A DNA stretch of 64,000 bases, from positions 74-64,073 of the forward strand of contig CAZMXP010000028.1 in the NCBI GenBank assembly GCA_964570285.1, written 5' to 3'. The position numbers and the translations under genes were made by a program. How positions within the stretch are numbered: the first letter of the stretch is position 1; each line of letters opens with the position of its first letter. The DNA is from an uncultured Planctomycetaceae bacterium. Its GTDB lineage: Bacteria; Planctomycetota; PLA2. The notes beneath the pieces are model-generated. The model had not been told where the DNA came from. It did not search any database and saw only the letters and a program-made list of their open reading frames with translations. This document shows, piece by piece, positions 1 to 9,566 of the stretch.

Positions 1-237
<237 letters not shown>

Positions 238-248
238 GAGAGAACATC

Positions 249-998
249 ATGCTCGAGATCAAAAACCTGAAGGCCCGCATCGAGGGCAAGGAGATCCTGA
301 AGGGGCTCACCCTCACCGTGAAGGCGGGCGAGGTCCACGCCATCATGGGGCCCAACGGCTCCGGCAAGAGCACGCTCGCGAGCGTGCTCGCCGGCCGCGA
401 CGCCTACGAGGTGACCGGAGGCAGCGTCACCTACCGCGGCGAGGACCTGCTCGACCTCGACCCCGAGGAGCGCGCGGCGAAGGGACTCTTCCTCGCCTTC
501 CAGTACCCGGTCGAGATCCCCGGCGTCAACAACGCCTACTTCCTCCGCACCGGCCTCAACGCGATCCGCAAGTCGCGCGGGGAGGAGGAGGTCGACGCGG
601 TGGACTTCCTCGCGATCGCCCGCACGAAGATGAAGCTTCTCGACATGGACGAGAGCCTCCTCAAGCGCGCCGTCAACGAGGGATTCAGCGGCGGCGAGAA
701 GAAGCGGAACGAGATCTTCCAGATGGCGGTCCTCGAGCCCACGCTGGCGCTCCTCGACGAGACCGACAGCGGCCTCGACATCGACGCGCTGCGGACCGTC
801 GCGCAGGGCGTCAACGCGCTGCGCGGCCCCGACCGCGCGATCGTCGTCGTGACCCACTACCAGCGGCTGCTCGAGCACATCGTGCCGGACTTCGTCCACG
901 TGCTGCACGACGGCCGGATCGTCCGGAGCGGCGACAAACGGCTCGCGCTGGAACTCGAGGAGAAGGGCTACTCCTGGGCGGAGGCCGCGGCCCGATGA
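249..998 (+). CDS. sufC: Fe-S cluster assembly ATPase SufC (ABC-type). An alternative ATG at 234 gives [10 protein letters not shown]...
   Basis: Walker A GPNGSGKST, ABC signature FSGGEKKR and Walker B LLDETDSGLD. Its stop overlaps the sufD start (ATGA). Confidence 0.9.
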   Translation: MLEIKNLKARIEGKEILKGLTLTVKAGEVHAIMGPNGSGKSTLASVLAGRDAYEVTGGSVTYRGEDLLDLDPEERAAKGLFLAFQYPVEIPGVNNAYFLRTGLNAIRKSRGEEEVDAVDFLAIARTKMKLLDMDESLLKRAVNEGFSGGEKKRNEIFQMAVLEPTLALLDETDSGLDIDALRTVAQGVNALRGPDRAIVVVTHYQRLLEHIVPDFVHVLHDGRIVRSGDKRLALELEEKGYSWAEAAAR

Positions 999-2260
999 CG
1001 ACATCGATGACGACGATGATGGAATCGCTCGCGACCGGCTTCCGCGCCCTCGAGCGCGAGCACGGCGAGGATCGCCTGCAGCAGATGCGCCGCCAGGCCT
1101 TCGCGCGCTTCCGCGAGCTGGGGCTGCCGACGAGCGGCGACGAGGCGTGGAGGTTCACCCCTCTGGGACCGATCACGAAGGCGGAGTACGCGCTCGCGCG
1201 CCCCGGCCAGCGGAGGGTCACGGCGCGCGATGTCGCGCGGGCGGGGCTCGGCGGACCGCGCTCGGCGCTGCTCGTCTTCGAGAACGGCCACTTCCGCGCC
1301 GACCTTTCGGAGCGCGGGGAGTTCGCGGCGTCGATCGCGGAGGCGCCGCCGCCGGGGCTCTTCGAGGAGATCGACGGCAGCGCCTTCGTCGCGCTGAACG
1401 CCGCCTTCCTCGAGGACGGCCCGAGGGTCCGCATCCCGAAGGGGGCGCGGCCCCCGCACCCCCTCCACATCCTCCATCTGGGATATGGCGCGCGCTCCTT
1501 CCCCCGCACCGTCATCGAGATCGAGGAGGGCGCCGAGGCGCGGATCGCGGAGGTCCACGCCTCGCTCGGCGAGGAGGGCCACTTCACGAACGCGGTCGCC
1601 GATGTCGCGGTCGGCCGCAACGCGAGCCTCGAATACGCGCGCCTGCAGGTCGAGAACGAGGCGGCGGTCCACGTCGGCGCGCTGCGCCTGCGCCAGGAGC
1701 GCGACAGCCGCTTCACGAACCACCAGATCACGCTCGGCGGCGCGCTCGTGCGCAACGACCTGACCGCCTCCCTCGACGGGGAGCACGTGCTCTGCACGCT
1801 GAACGGCCTCTACCTGACGCGCAACACGCAGCACGTGGACAACCACACGACGCTGCTGCACCGGATGCCGCACGGCGAGAGCCACGAGCTCTACAAGGGA
1901 ATCCTCGACGGCCGCTCGAGCGGCGTCTTCACCGGGAAGATCCACGTCTTCGAGGGGGCGCAGAAGACCGACGCGAAGCAGTCGAGCGGCAACCTGCTGC
2001 TGACGGACACCGCCGTCGTGGACGCGCAGCCGCAGCTCGAGATCTACGCCGACGACGTCAAGTGCACGCACGGCGCGACGGTGGGCCAACTCGACCGGAA
2101 CGCGCTCTTCTATCTCCGTTCGCGCGGGATCGCGGCGGATGCGGCGCGCGGCATGCTCGTCGCCGCGTTCGCCGCCGACGTGACCGGGCGGATCACGATC
2201 GAAGCCGCCCGCGAGAAGGTCGACGCGCTGCTCCGCGAGCGGCTGCCGGGGGGGGCCTAG
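995..2260 (+). CDS. sufD: Fe-S cluster assembly protein SufD
   Basis: 421-aa SufB/D-family protein between sufC and sufS. ATGA overlap with sufC. Confidence 0.85.
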   Translation: MTTSMTTMMESLATGFRALEREHGEDRLQQMRRQAFARFRELGLPTSGDEAWRFTPLGPITKAEYALARPGQRRVTARDVARAGLGGPRSALLVFENGHFRADLSERGEFAASIAEAPPPGLFEEIDGSAFVALNAAFLEDGPRVRIPKGARPPHPLHILHLGYGARSFPRTVIEIEEGAEARIAEVHASLGEEGHFTNAVADVAVGRNASLEYARLQVENEAAVHVGALRLRQERDSRFTNHQITLGGALVRNDLTASLDGEHVLCTLNGLYLTRNTQHVDNHTTLLHRMPHGESHELYKGILDGRSSGVFTGKIHVFEGAQKTDAKQSSGNLLLTDTAVVDAQPQLEIYADDVKCTHGATVGQLDRNALFYLRSRGIAADAARGMLVAAFAADVTGRITIEAAREKVDALLRERLPGGA

Positions 2261-2266
2261 GGGGCC

Positions 2267-3511
2267 ATGGGACGCACGGCGGCCGCGTTGGCCTTCGACG
2301 TCGAGCGGGTCCGCGCGGACTTCCCGATCCTTTCGCGGCAGATCCTCTGCAAGCGGCTCGTCTACCTCGACAACGCCGCGAGCGCGCAGAAGCCGCAGGC
2401 GGTCCTCGACGCGGTGCGCCACTTCTACGCCGAGGAGAGCAGCAACGTCCACCGCGGCGTGCACTACCTGAGCACGGTCGCGACGAAGGCGTACGAGGGG
2501 GCGCGCGACCGGATCCGGGACTGGATCGGCGCGCGCGACCGCGGCGAGGTGGTCTTCACGCGCGGCACGACCGAGTCGATCAATCTCGTCGCGCAGAGCT
2601 TCCTGCGCCCGCGCGTGCGCGAGGGGGACGAGGTCCTGATCACGCACATGGAGCACCACAGCAACATCGTGCCGTGGCAGATCCTCGCCGAGCAGACCGG
2701 CTGCCGGCTCGTCGTCGCGCCGATCGACGACCGCGGGGAATTGCAATTCGACGAGTTCGAGCGACGCATCACGGCGCGCACGCGGCTCGTCTCCGTCGTC
2801 CACGTCAGCAACGCGCTCGGCACCGTGAACCCGGTGCGCGAGATCTGCGCCGCGGCCCGGGCGCGCGGCATCCCCGTGCTGATCGACGGCGCGCAGGCGG
2901 TGCCGCACCAGCGCGTGGACGTCGGCGCGCTCGGCTGCGACTTCTACGCCTTCTCCGGCCACAAGCTCTACGGGCCCACCGGCATCGGCGTGCTCTACGG
3001 ACGCCGGGAGCTTCTCGACGCGATGCCCCCTTGGCAGGGCGGCGGCGACATGATCGCGAACGTGACCTTCGAGAAGACGACGTGGAACGAACTCCCCTAC
3101 AAGTTCGAGGCGGGCACGCCGCACGTCGCGGGGGCGATCGGCCTCGGCGCGGCGGTGGACTACGTGCGCGCCCTCGACCTCGGCGCCGCGGCGGAGCACG
3201 AGGCCGACGTGCTCGCCTACGCGACGGCGCGCCTCGCCGAGGTGAATGGGCTGCGGCTGATCGGCACCGCCCGCGAGAAGATCGGCGTCGTCAGCTTCGT
3301 GCTGGCCGGAGTCCACCCCCACGACATCGGCACGATCCTCGACCAGGAGGGGATTGCGATCCGCGTCGGCCACCACTGCGCGCAGCCGGTCATGCAGCGC
3401 TTCAAGGTGCCCGCGACCGCGCGCGCGAGCTTCGCCTTCTACAACACCCGCGAGGAGGTCGACGCACTCGTGCACGGCCTCGCCCGGGTCCGGGAGCTCT
3501 TCCCGCAATGA
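2267..3511 (+). CDS. sufS: Cysteine desulfurase SufS (class V aminotransferase, PLP-dependent)
   Basis: SufS-like motifs: YLDNAASAQKP, HRGVH, FSGHKLYGPTGIGVLYG and the C-terminal RVGHHCAQP active-site Cys. Confidence 0.9.
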   Translation: MGRTAAALAFDVERVRADFPILSRQILCKRLVYLDNAASAQKPQAVLDAVRHFYAEESSNVHRGVHYLSTVATKAYEGARDRIRDWIGARDRGEVVFTRGTTESINLVAQSFLRPRVREGDEVLITHMEHHSNIVPWQILAEQTGCRLVVAPIDDRGELQFDEFERRITARTRLVSVVHVSNALGTVNPVREICAAARARGIPVLIDGAQAVPHQRVDVGALGCDFYAFSGHKLYGPTGIGVLYGRRELLDAMPPWQGGGDMIANVTFEKTTWNELPYKFEAGTPHVAGAIGLGAAVDYVRALDLGAAAEHEADVLAYATARLAEVNGLRLIGTAREKIGVVSFVLAGVHPHDIGTILDQEGIAIRVGHHCAQPVMQRFKVPATARASFAFYNTREEVDALVHGLARVRELFPQ

Positions 3512-3927
3512 GCGACCTGCGCGAGCTCTACCAGCAGTTGATCCTCGACCATAACCGGAGCCCGAAGAACTTCCGGACGCTGGAGGAGCCGACCGGCCAC
3601 GCCGACGGCCACAACCCGCTCTGCGGCGACCGCGTGACCGTCTATGTCCGCCTCGAGGGAGATCTCGTCGCCGACGTGAGCTTCCTCGGCGAGGGGTGCG
3701 CGATCAGCAAGGCGAGCGCGAGCCTGATGACGCAGGCACTCAAGGGCAAGACGCTCGCGCAGGCGCAGGATCTGCTCGCGAAGTTCGTCGCGATGGTGAC
3801 GACGGACGCGGCGCCCGACGAGGCGCTCGGCAAGCTCGCCGTCTTCAAGGGGGTCTGCGAGTTCCCGATGCGCGTGAAGTGCGCCACGCTCGCGTGGCAT
3901 ACGCTGGAGGCCGCGTTGAAGCCATGA
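3508..3927 (+). CDS. sufU: SUF-system NifU-like scaffold/sulfur-transfer protein (SufU/IscU family)
   Basis: Three conserved Cys (NPLCGD, GEGCAISKAS, KCATLAW). ATGA overlap with sufS. Confidence 0.8.
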   Translation: MSDLRELYQQLILDHNRSPKNFRTLEEPTGHADGHNPLCGDRVTVYVRLEGDLVADVSFLGEGCAISKASASLMTQALKGKTLAQAQDLLAKFVAMVTTDAAPDEALGKLAVFKGVCEFPMRVKCATLAWHTLEAALKP

Positions 3928-4235
3928 ACACCGAAGAGACCAAGCAGAAGATCGTCGAGGCGATCCGCACGGTGTTCGACCCGGAGATCCCGGTCAACAT
4001 CTACGACATGGGCATGATCTACCAGATCGATGTGGAGGGGTCCGGGGAGGCGTACGTCAAGATGACGCTGACGAGCCCGATGTGCCCCGTCGCCGGCACG
4101 CTGCCCGGCGAGGTCGAGATGAAGGTCGCCTCGGTCGAGGGGGTCACCGCCGCGAAGGTGGAACTCGTCTGGGACCCGCCGTGGGGCATGGACAAGATGT
4201 CGGAGGCGGCGCGCCTTCAGCTCGGAATGATGTGA
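3924..4235 (+). CDS. sufT: DUF59 (MIP18/SufT-like) Fe-S assembly protein
   Basis: 103-aa protein with a conserved DUF59 Cys (TSPMCP). Last gene of the suf cluster, overlapping sufU. Confidence 0.7.
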   Translation: MNTEETKQKIVEAIRTVFDPEIPVNIYDMGMIYQIDVEGSGEAYVKMTLTSPMCPVAGTLPGEVEMKVASVEGVTAAKVELVWDPPWGMDKMSEAARLQLGMM

Positions 4236-5374
4236 GCCGGCAGGGCGCCCGCCCGGCGCAGGTTGCCCACCGCCGCCGTGAAGAGCCTCTCGTCGCGGGG
4301 GTTGCGAAGGCGCACGGAGGTGCTCCGGAGGCTGCCATCCTCGACCCTCCATGTGACCCGGAGCGACCGGAAGGGGCCTCCGAGCCGTCCCGCAGGCGTG
4401 CGCTCGATGACCGCGACCAGCACCAGCCACGCGGCGTAGAGGATGGCCCCGAATCCGAGCCACTTGGCCACTGTGCCCGAGAAGTCGCCGAAGATCCCCT
4501 TCACCAGGAGCGGCGCCACGATCAGCAGCAGGACGCCGGAGCAGCCGAGCAGCCCGCGGCGCTCGCGGACCTGCACGACCTCGACGATCGCGTCGAGCGG
4601 GATCCGCTGTGCGGCGACGAGGACGGCACCGCCCTGGATCGACAGTTCCACGGCGGAGCCGTTGTGAGTCTGCGCCGGCAGGACTCCCGTCTCGGTGATC
4701 CCTTCGGGCGCCGGGGGCACGAGGCGGTTCTTCAGGAGCACGAGGAGGCGCTCGATCCACTGGATCCTGACCGGCTGGAGCCCGGCGTCGCGGTCGAGGC
4801 GGAGCGAGTTCCAGTAGACGAAGAAGAAGCCCGTGAAGGTCAAGAACGCATCCAGCGCGTAGGCCGAAAGCGGCGCGCCATCCGGGTAGTGCTTCTCCAT
4901 GTGGAAGGAGACCCCGATGGCATGGAAGAGCATGGTGCCGAAGAAGAGCCGCCAGTAGTGGCGGAAGGCGCGGTAGAGGGGGCGCCTCCCGAGCCTCGCC
5001 TCCAGCCGGCGCGCGTACAGGTAGACGATGAGGCAGGGGAGCATCATCGCGAAGACGAGCCCGACGAAGTTCATCGTGCCGCCCGGGTCGAGAGTGGCCG
5101 ACCCGACGAGGAAGGCGATCAGCACCGCGAGGCCCGCGACGGGGTAGACGCAGAAGCTGACGACGAAGGCGCAGAAGGCGATGATCACGAGGATCGCCAC
5201 GAGCACGATCCCGGCGCCTCCGCCGGCCCCCCCGGCCCCCCCCGTTGCGCCTCCCCCGATGGGCCCCCGCGCGCGGCGCTCGCGCTCGCTCGCCCCCGCC
5301 TGGTAGTCGGGGGAGTAGACGTCGTAGCCGACCGTCTCGCCCCTGAGCCCGCCCTCGTAGTTGTCCGGCGCCAT
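4217..5374 (-). CDS. Integral membrane protein, hypothetical (Gly-rich N-terminus, several TM helices, possible C-terminal bacterial PH-like domain)
   Basis: ORF 4217..5929 trimmed to Met186 (MAPDNYEGG...). Long hydrophobic segments IVLVAILVIIAFCAFVVSF and LVAPLLVKGIFG. No family assigned with confidence. Confidence 0.5.
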   Translation of the reverse strand: MAPDNYEGGLRGETVGYDVYSPDYQAGASERERRARGPIGGGATGGAGGAGGGAGIVLVAILVIIAFCAFVVSFCVYPVAGLAVLIAFLVGSATLDPGGTMNFVGLVFAMMLPCLIVYLYARRLEARLGRRPLYRAFRHYWRLFFGTMLFHAIGVSFHMEKHYPDGAPLSAYALDAFLTFTGFFFVYWNSLRLDRDAGLQPVRIQWIERLLVLLKNRLVPPAPEGITETGVLPAQTHNGSAVELSIQGGAVLVAAQRIPLDAIVEVVQVRERRGLLGCSGVLLLIVAPLLVKGIFGDFSGTVAKWLGFGAILYAAWLVLVAVIERTPAGRLGGPFRSLRVTWRVEDGSLRSTSVRLRNPRDERLFTAAVGNLRRAGALPAHIIPS

Positions 5375-5505
5375 CGTGGTCCTGTCGCGTTGGCGCCAGA
5401 CACTACCCAAGCCGAACGGCGCTGCCAAGACCGTTCCGGCCGCGGCGGAGAGCGCATCGCCGGGGGGGTACGTTCTTCGCAGGGGGGCGCGGGGGGACGA
5501 TCGCG

Positions 5506-6090
5506 CTACGCGTAGTTGGACGGGAAGAGCCGACGCTCGACGCTCTCGATGACGATGTGGAGGATCTGGATGTGGACCTCCTGGATCCGGTCGGAGGTCT
5601 CGGCGCGGGGGACGACGATCGCGAGGTCGACCTGGTCGCGCAGCCGCCCGCCCCCTTTGCCCAGCAGCGCGACGGTGCCCACGCGGCGCTCCCGGGCGGC
5701 GGCGGCTGCGCGGAGGCAGTTCGGGGAGTTTCCGCTCGTCGACAGCAGCACGAGCAGGTCGCCCGCGCGACCGTGCGCCTCGACCTGGCGCGCGAAGACC
5801 TCGTCGTAGCCGAAGTCGTTGGCGATGCAGGTGAGCTGGCTCGGATCGGAAAAGGCGAGGGCGGGCAGCGCGCGGCGGTTGGCGCGGAAGCGGCCGGTCC
5901 ACTCCTCGGCGAAGTGCATCGCGTCGCACATGCTGCCGCCGTTGCCGCAGGCGAGCAGGCGCCCTCCGCCGGTGAGCGTCGCGTGGCTGAGGTCGGCGAA
6001 GCGGCGCACGAGGGCCACGCCGTCCGGCATCGCGAGAAACGCCTCCTGCGTCGCGCGCACCTCGTCGAACGCCGCCCGGATGGGGTCCAT
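5506..6090 (-). CDS. gmhA: SIS-domain sugar phosphate isomerase (GmhA/DiaA-like phosphoheptose isomerase)
   Basis: The 194-aa C-terminal part of ORF 5506..6957 starts MDPIRAAFDEV and has a SIS fold (GGRLLACGNGGSMCDAMHFAEE...LLVLLSTSGNSPN). Confidence 0.75.
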   Translation of the reverse strand: MDPIRAAFDEVRATQEAFLAMPDGVALVRRFADLSHATLTGGGRLLACGNGGSMCDAMHFAEEWTGRFRANRRALPALAFSDPSQLTCIANDFGYDEVFARQVEAHGRAGDLLVLLSTSGNSPNCLRAAAAARERRVGTVALLGKGGGRLRDQVDLAIVVPRAETSDRIQEVHIQILHIVIESVERRLFPSNYA

Positions 6091-6166
6091 GCGGCGGATT
6101 CTACAGCCCAAGGACGTCACCCGGAGGGCTCGCGCCGGTCGCCGCAACCGGTTACCGTGGTGCGCC

Positions 6167-7054
6167 GTGGAGTTGACCGACCATCTGGAGGCGCTTCTGC
6201 GCGGCGAGGAGTCGGCGGTCGATGCCCTTTGCGTGCTCGGACCGCAGGCGGCCCCCGCGGTGCCGACGCTGAAGGATCTCGTCGCGAAGGGGCCGCGGCC
6301 CGCCCGAGCCGCGGCGCTGCAAGTGCTCACGTCGATCGGCGCCGGGGCCCGCGCCGCCCTCCCGGAGCTGCTCGGGGCGCTCCGCGGCGGCGACGCCGAG
6401 CTTCGGACGCTGGCGGCGGACGCCCTCGCCGCCCTCGGAGGGGACGCCGTGGGCCCGCTTGTCGGCGAGCTCGCGCGCGCCGACGAGCGCGTGCGCCTCG
6501 CGGCGGCGCGCGCGCTCGGGTCGATGGCCGCCGCCGGCCGCGGGGCGGTCCCGGCGCTGCTGGAGCGGGCGCTCGACCCGTCCGAGGAGGAGGAGGTCGC
6601 ACTCCGCGCGATCTGGGCGCTCGGCGAGATCGGCGACCCGGCGATGCTCGCCCCGCTGGCGCACCTCTTCAGCGAGCGCGGGGGCACTGTGGGCGTCTGG
6701 ATCGCGGAGGCGTGCGCGAAGCTCGGCCGGGGGGCGCGCTCCGTCGCCGACACCCTCCGCGCCGAGCTCCACCGCGACGACCCGTGGCTCGCGCTCGCCG
6801 CCGCGCACGCGCTGGTGTGCATCGGCGAGCACACCGACGCCGCGATCTGGGCGCTCGTCGCCTGCCTGCAGCAGGGCGAGGCCGACGTCCGCCTCGAGGC
6901 GGCGATGAGCCTCGGCGAGATCGGGCCGGCGGCCGCGGCGGCCCTGCCCGCGCTCAAGGCCGCCGAGCGCGACGACGACGAGGAGATCCGCGCGCAGGCG
7001 ACGCTCGCGCTCGCGAAGATCCGCCCCGAGGCGCTGCTGCGCCCCCGCTCCTGA
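6167..7054 (+). CDS. HEAT/PBS-lyase repeat protein
   Basis: Repeated ~30-aa units (AL..LG/ IG D..A...L) through the C-terminal 290 aa of ORF 5819..7054. The GTG start at 6167 is chosen because the upstream part overlaps gmhA on the other strand; the start is uncertain. Confidence 0.5.
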   Translation: MELTDHLEALLRGEESAVDALCVLGPQAAPAVPTLKDLVAKGPRPARAAALQVLTSIGAGARAALPELLGALRGGDAELRTLAADALAALGGDAVGPLVGELARADERVRLAAARALGSMAAAGRGAVPALLERALDPSEEEEVALRAIWALGEIGDPAMLAPLAHLFSERGGTVGVWIAEACAKLGRGARSVADTLRAELHRDDPWLALAAAHALVCIGEHTDAAIWALVACLQQGEADVRLEAAMSLGEIGPAAAAALPALKAAERDDDEEIRAQATLALAKIRPEALLRPRS

Positions 7055-7077
7055 CCCGTGCCACGAGGGGGTCTTGA

Positions 7078-7262
7078 CCTCGAAGGGTGTTCGGGCTTCT
7101 GGGGCGAACGCGCGTTGAAGGATCAGATGAGGAACCCAGGAACTTAGGAAGCGCGGAAAGGGCGCCTTCGATCCATCCGAGTCCCGGGACGCTCCCCTCT
7201 CCTCTCATGGGTTCCTCTCTTCCTGGGTTCCTTATCAAATCCGATACCCTCGTCCCTGATCG
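7078..7262. repeat. Intergenic repeat family, copy 1 (diverged and shorter). Contains the nested inverted-repeat core GGAACCCAGGAA...TTCCTGGGTTCC
   Basis: Direct sequence similarity to 7505..7855 and 55210..55565, including the shared blocks ctcgaagggtgttcggg, gaggaacccaggaac and ccttcgatccatccgagtcccgggacgctcccctct. Confidence 0.7.
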
Positions 7263-7415
7263 CTCGTCCTACATGCCCGCAGACTCCGCGCCGCTTGCGC
7301 GGATCCCGGCGAGTCACTGAATTCGAGCGGGGAGAACGAGAACCACGGAGGCACGAAGACACGAAGGAGCCCCCGCCACCCGGTGCGCGCGCTGCGCGCA
7401 GGCTCGTCGCGTCCC

Positions 7416-7452
7416 ATCCTCCGTGCCTTCGTGCCTTCGTGGTCATCGCTCA
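7416..7452. repeat. Satellite motif B (ccttcgtgccttcgtggtcatcgct) of the repeat family
   Basis: The same motif recurs at 44728..44768 and, as a variant (cctccgtgcctccgtgacttcgtgg), at 7905..7947. Its reverse complement yields the spurious MTTKARRH ORFs. Confidence 0.65.
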
Positions 7453-7504
7453 GGATGACCCGCGCAGCGGCCTGCGCTCATTTGGTTGCGGCGTCGAGCC
7501 GCGC

Positions 7505-7855
7505 TGTACGACGAGTGGGACCGAATCTCGAAGGGTGTTCGGGTCTCAGGGACGAACGCGCTCGGAGGCGCGCGCCCTTCTGGGTGCAGTGGACCACAGC
7601 CTTCGTCGTGAGGTTGGAAGAAGGAACCCAGGAACCTAGGAACCGAGGAAGGGGCGCCTTCGATCCATCCGAGTCCCGGGACGCTCCCCTCTCCTCTCAT
7701 GGGTTCCTCCCTTCCTGGCTTCCTCATCAGAGAACCGCTACGCACGATCCGGATCGGCCGAAGGCCGTCACGAAGGTGCCCAGCGCCCGAGGCCTGTACT
7801 ACCAACTCCCGGAGTTCGCGCTCTCTGAGCACACTTCGGCGCTGCGTTCATGCGG
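7505..7855. repeat. Intergenic repeat family, copy 2 (full length, about 350 bp)
   Basis: About 90% identical to 55210..55565 over its full length, with nested inverted repeats in the core. Confidence 0.8.
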
Positions 7856-7948
7856 CGGCCCGGAGACGGATCCGGCCGCTCGACTCCGCGGTACGCGACC
7901 GGGGTCGCGACAGCACCTCCGTGCCTCCGTGACTTCGTGGTAGTCGTC

Positions 7949-9205
7949 TCAGAAGTTGAACTGGAACCGCGTGAGGAAGGTCGTCAGGTCGCCGCCCGTC
8001 GCGGCATCCACGTCGGTGAAGAGGATGTGGAACATCACGCGCGTGTTCGGGTTGAGGTACCAGTTGAGCCCGAACGCCGCGGTCTCCTGCTCGCCGCCGG
8101 TGATCGCGCCGTCGTCGAGGTCGATGCGGTCGAGGCGGGCGACGAGTTCGAAGGCGCCCCATCCGCCGGACTCCCCGCGGAAGTTGCGCTTCGGCTTCGG
8201 GCTGCCGAAGACGCCCGTCTTCGCCTTGTACTCCCTCGGCTCGCCGGTCAGCGTGTAGGCGACCTGCACATACCACCCGCCGAAGGAGAGGCCCGGCGAT
8301 CCGGCCGTCCCGTCCACCTCGACCACGATGAACTCCCCCTGGAAGCTCAGCGCGTTCCACGCGACCGCGAGTTCCGCGTTCAGCAGCAGCACGCCGTCGG
8401 CCGTCTTGATGTCGCCGGTGTCCACGAGCCGCGGGCCGGTCCCGACGCCCGGCCTCGCCTGGTAGCGGACCGTCTCGTCGTCGGGATCGCGCAGGCTGGC
8501 GCCTCCTCCCACGTGCACGAGCAGGCCGCGCTCGCGGTCGTGCACCGGCAGCCCCGTGACGCGCAGCGTCACGCTGTAGCCGCCGTCCTCGCGCGTCTGC
8601 CCCTGGTCGTCGGTGTTGCGGAAGAGGCCGATCGACCATGTGAGCCGATCCTCCAGCGCCGCGTTCGAGAGCGCGATGCCGACGTTCCGGAAGGGCGCGA
8701 ACGCCTCCACCGCGGCGGCGCGCTCGGGGACGCTGATGTCGTTGGAACTCTCCATCACCTCGAGCGTGAAGGGCTCGCGCATGTGGCCGACGCGCAACGT
8801 CCCCAGCGCCCCGAGCCCCCGGAGGCCGACGAAGACATCGGTGAGCACGGGCGTCGACTTCGCGAAGTCGAGTTCGATCTTGAACTCGACGTTCTTGTAC
8901 ACGGTGCCCTGCGCGCCGAGCCGCACGCGCCGGAAGAAGGTGCCGTCCTCCGTGACCGCCGCATCGAACTCGTCGGAGGAGATCCAGAAGCTGTCCGCGT
9001 GGAGCCGTCCGACCAGCGCGACGGCGAAGTTCCCGTCCGCCGAGGTCCAGCGCGGACCGTCCTTCCACACCCCCTTCAGCTCCGGAGGCCCCGACTCCGC
9101 GGCGGGCGACGCCGTCGCGAGGTAGTGCTCGACCTCCTTCTCGAGCGAGAGGTCCTTCGTCTCGGCCGCCGCGACGGCGCATGCCAACGCCAGAGACCAT
9201 GCCAT
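7949..9205 (-). CDS. Outer-membrane porin, OprO/OprP (phosphate-selective porin O/P) family
   Basis: Signal peptide MAWSLALACAVAAA, beta-barrel alternation and a C-terminal ...FQFNF. ORF 7949..9274 trimmed to Met24. Confidence 0.75.
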   Translation of the reverse strand: MAWSLALACAVAAAETKDLSLEKEVEHYLATASPAAESGPPELKGVWKDGPRWTSADGNFAVALVGRLHADSFWISSDEFDAAVTEDGTFFRRVRLGAQGTVYKNVEFKIELDFAKSTPVLTDVFVGLRGLGALGTLRVGHMREPFTLEVMESSNDISVPERAAAVEAFAPFRNVGIALSNAALEDRLTWSIGLFRNTDDQGQTREDGGYSVTLRVTGLPVHDRERGLLVHVGGGASLRDPDDETVRYQARPGVGTGPRLVDTGDIKTADGVLLLNAELAVAWNALSFQGEFIVVEVDGTAGSPGLSFGGWYVQVAYTLTGEPREYKAKTGVFGSPKPKRNFRGESGGWGAFELVARLDRIDLDDGAITGGEQETAAFGLNWYLNPNTRVMFHILFTDVDAATGGDLTTFLTRFQFNF

Positions 9206-9566
9206 CCTTCCGAGGTGTCTGCTCACCGATCGTCCTCCTCCGCCGCGCGCCCAGGGCCTGTCCGAGAACCCCACCTGGAGTCCGCCGGCTGCGGCTGCGC
9301 CGGGACTGCGTCGCGCCGGCTCCCCGCCTTTCTCCGTGAATGCGGGTCGCCGGCGCTCCTTGCCCGGCTGTTTGCCTTGCCAAAGCTCCGCAGGAGCTTT
9401 GGCATCCTGGCGGGGCCAAGCCCCGCCAGACCGGCAAACAAGCTCGCTCGGCCTTGGTCCGACGGCGGGGTTTTCAGACAGGCCCCAATGCCGCTACGAT
9501 ACGGTCTTCGCAAAGTGCGCGCCAGAGTGTGCGGCGCCGCGTCCGTATCGCCGGGGCTACGCGTCG

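Noticed and set aside
968-3927. Very long ORFs antisense to or out of frame with sufCDS (968..3508 minus, 846 aa; 1147..3927 plus, 926 aa)
   Set aside because: Arg/Ala/Gly/Pro-rich translations with no domains. These are typical stop-poor alternative frames in 70%-GC DNA, and the in-frame suf genes fully explain the region.
7640-7690. tRNA-like TTCGATCC (T-loop-like) string inside each repeat copy
   Set aside because: No acceptor, D or anticodon stems can be drawn around it, and it lies in a long imperfect hairpin instead. This is not a tRNA gene.
7144-7832. ORFs MTTKARRH... (7144..7446 and 44350..44763, minus), MRKPGREEPMRGEGSVPGLGWIEGA... (6954..7238, 7443..7832 and 54387..55451, minus) and others inside the repeats
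   Set aside because: They are reverse-complement readings of the repeat unit and appear wherever the repeat occurs. Low-complexity R/G/P composition. Spurious.
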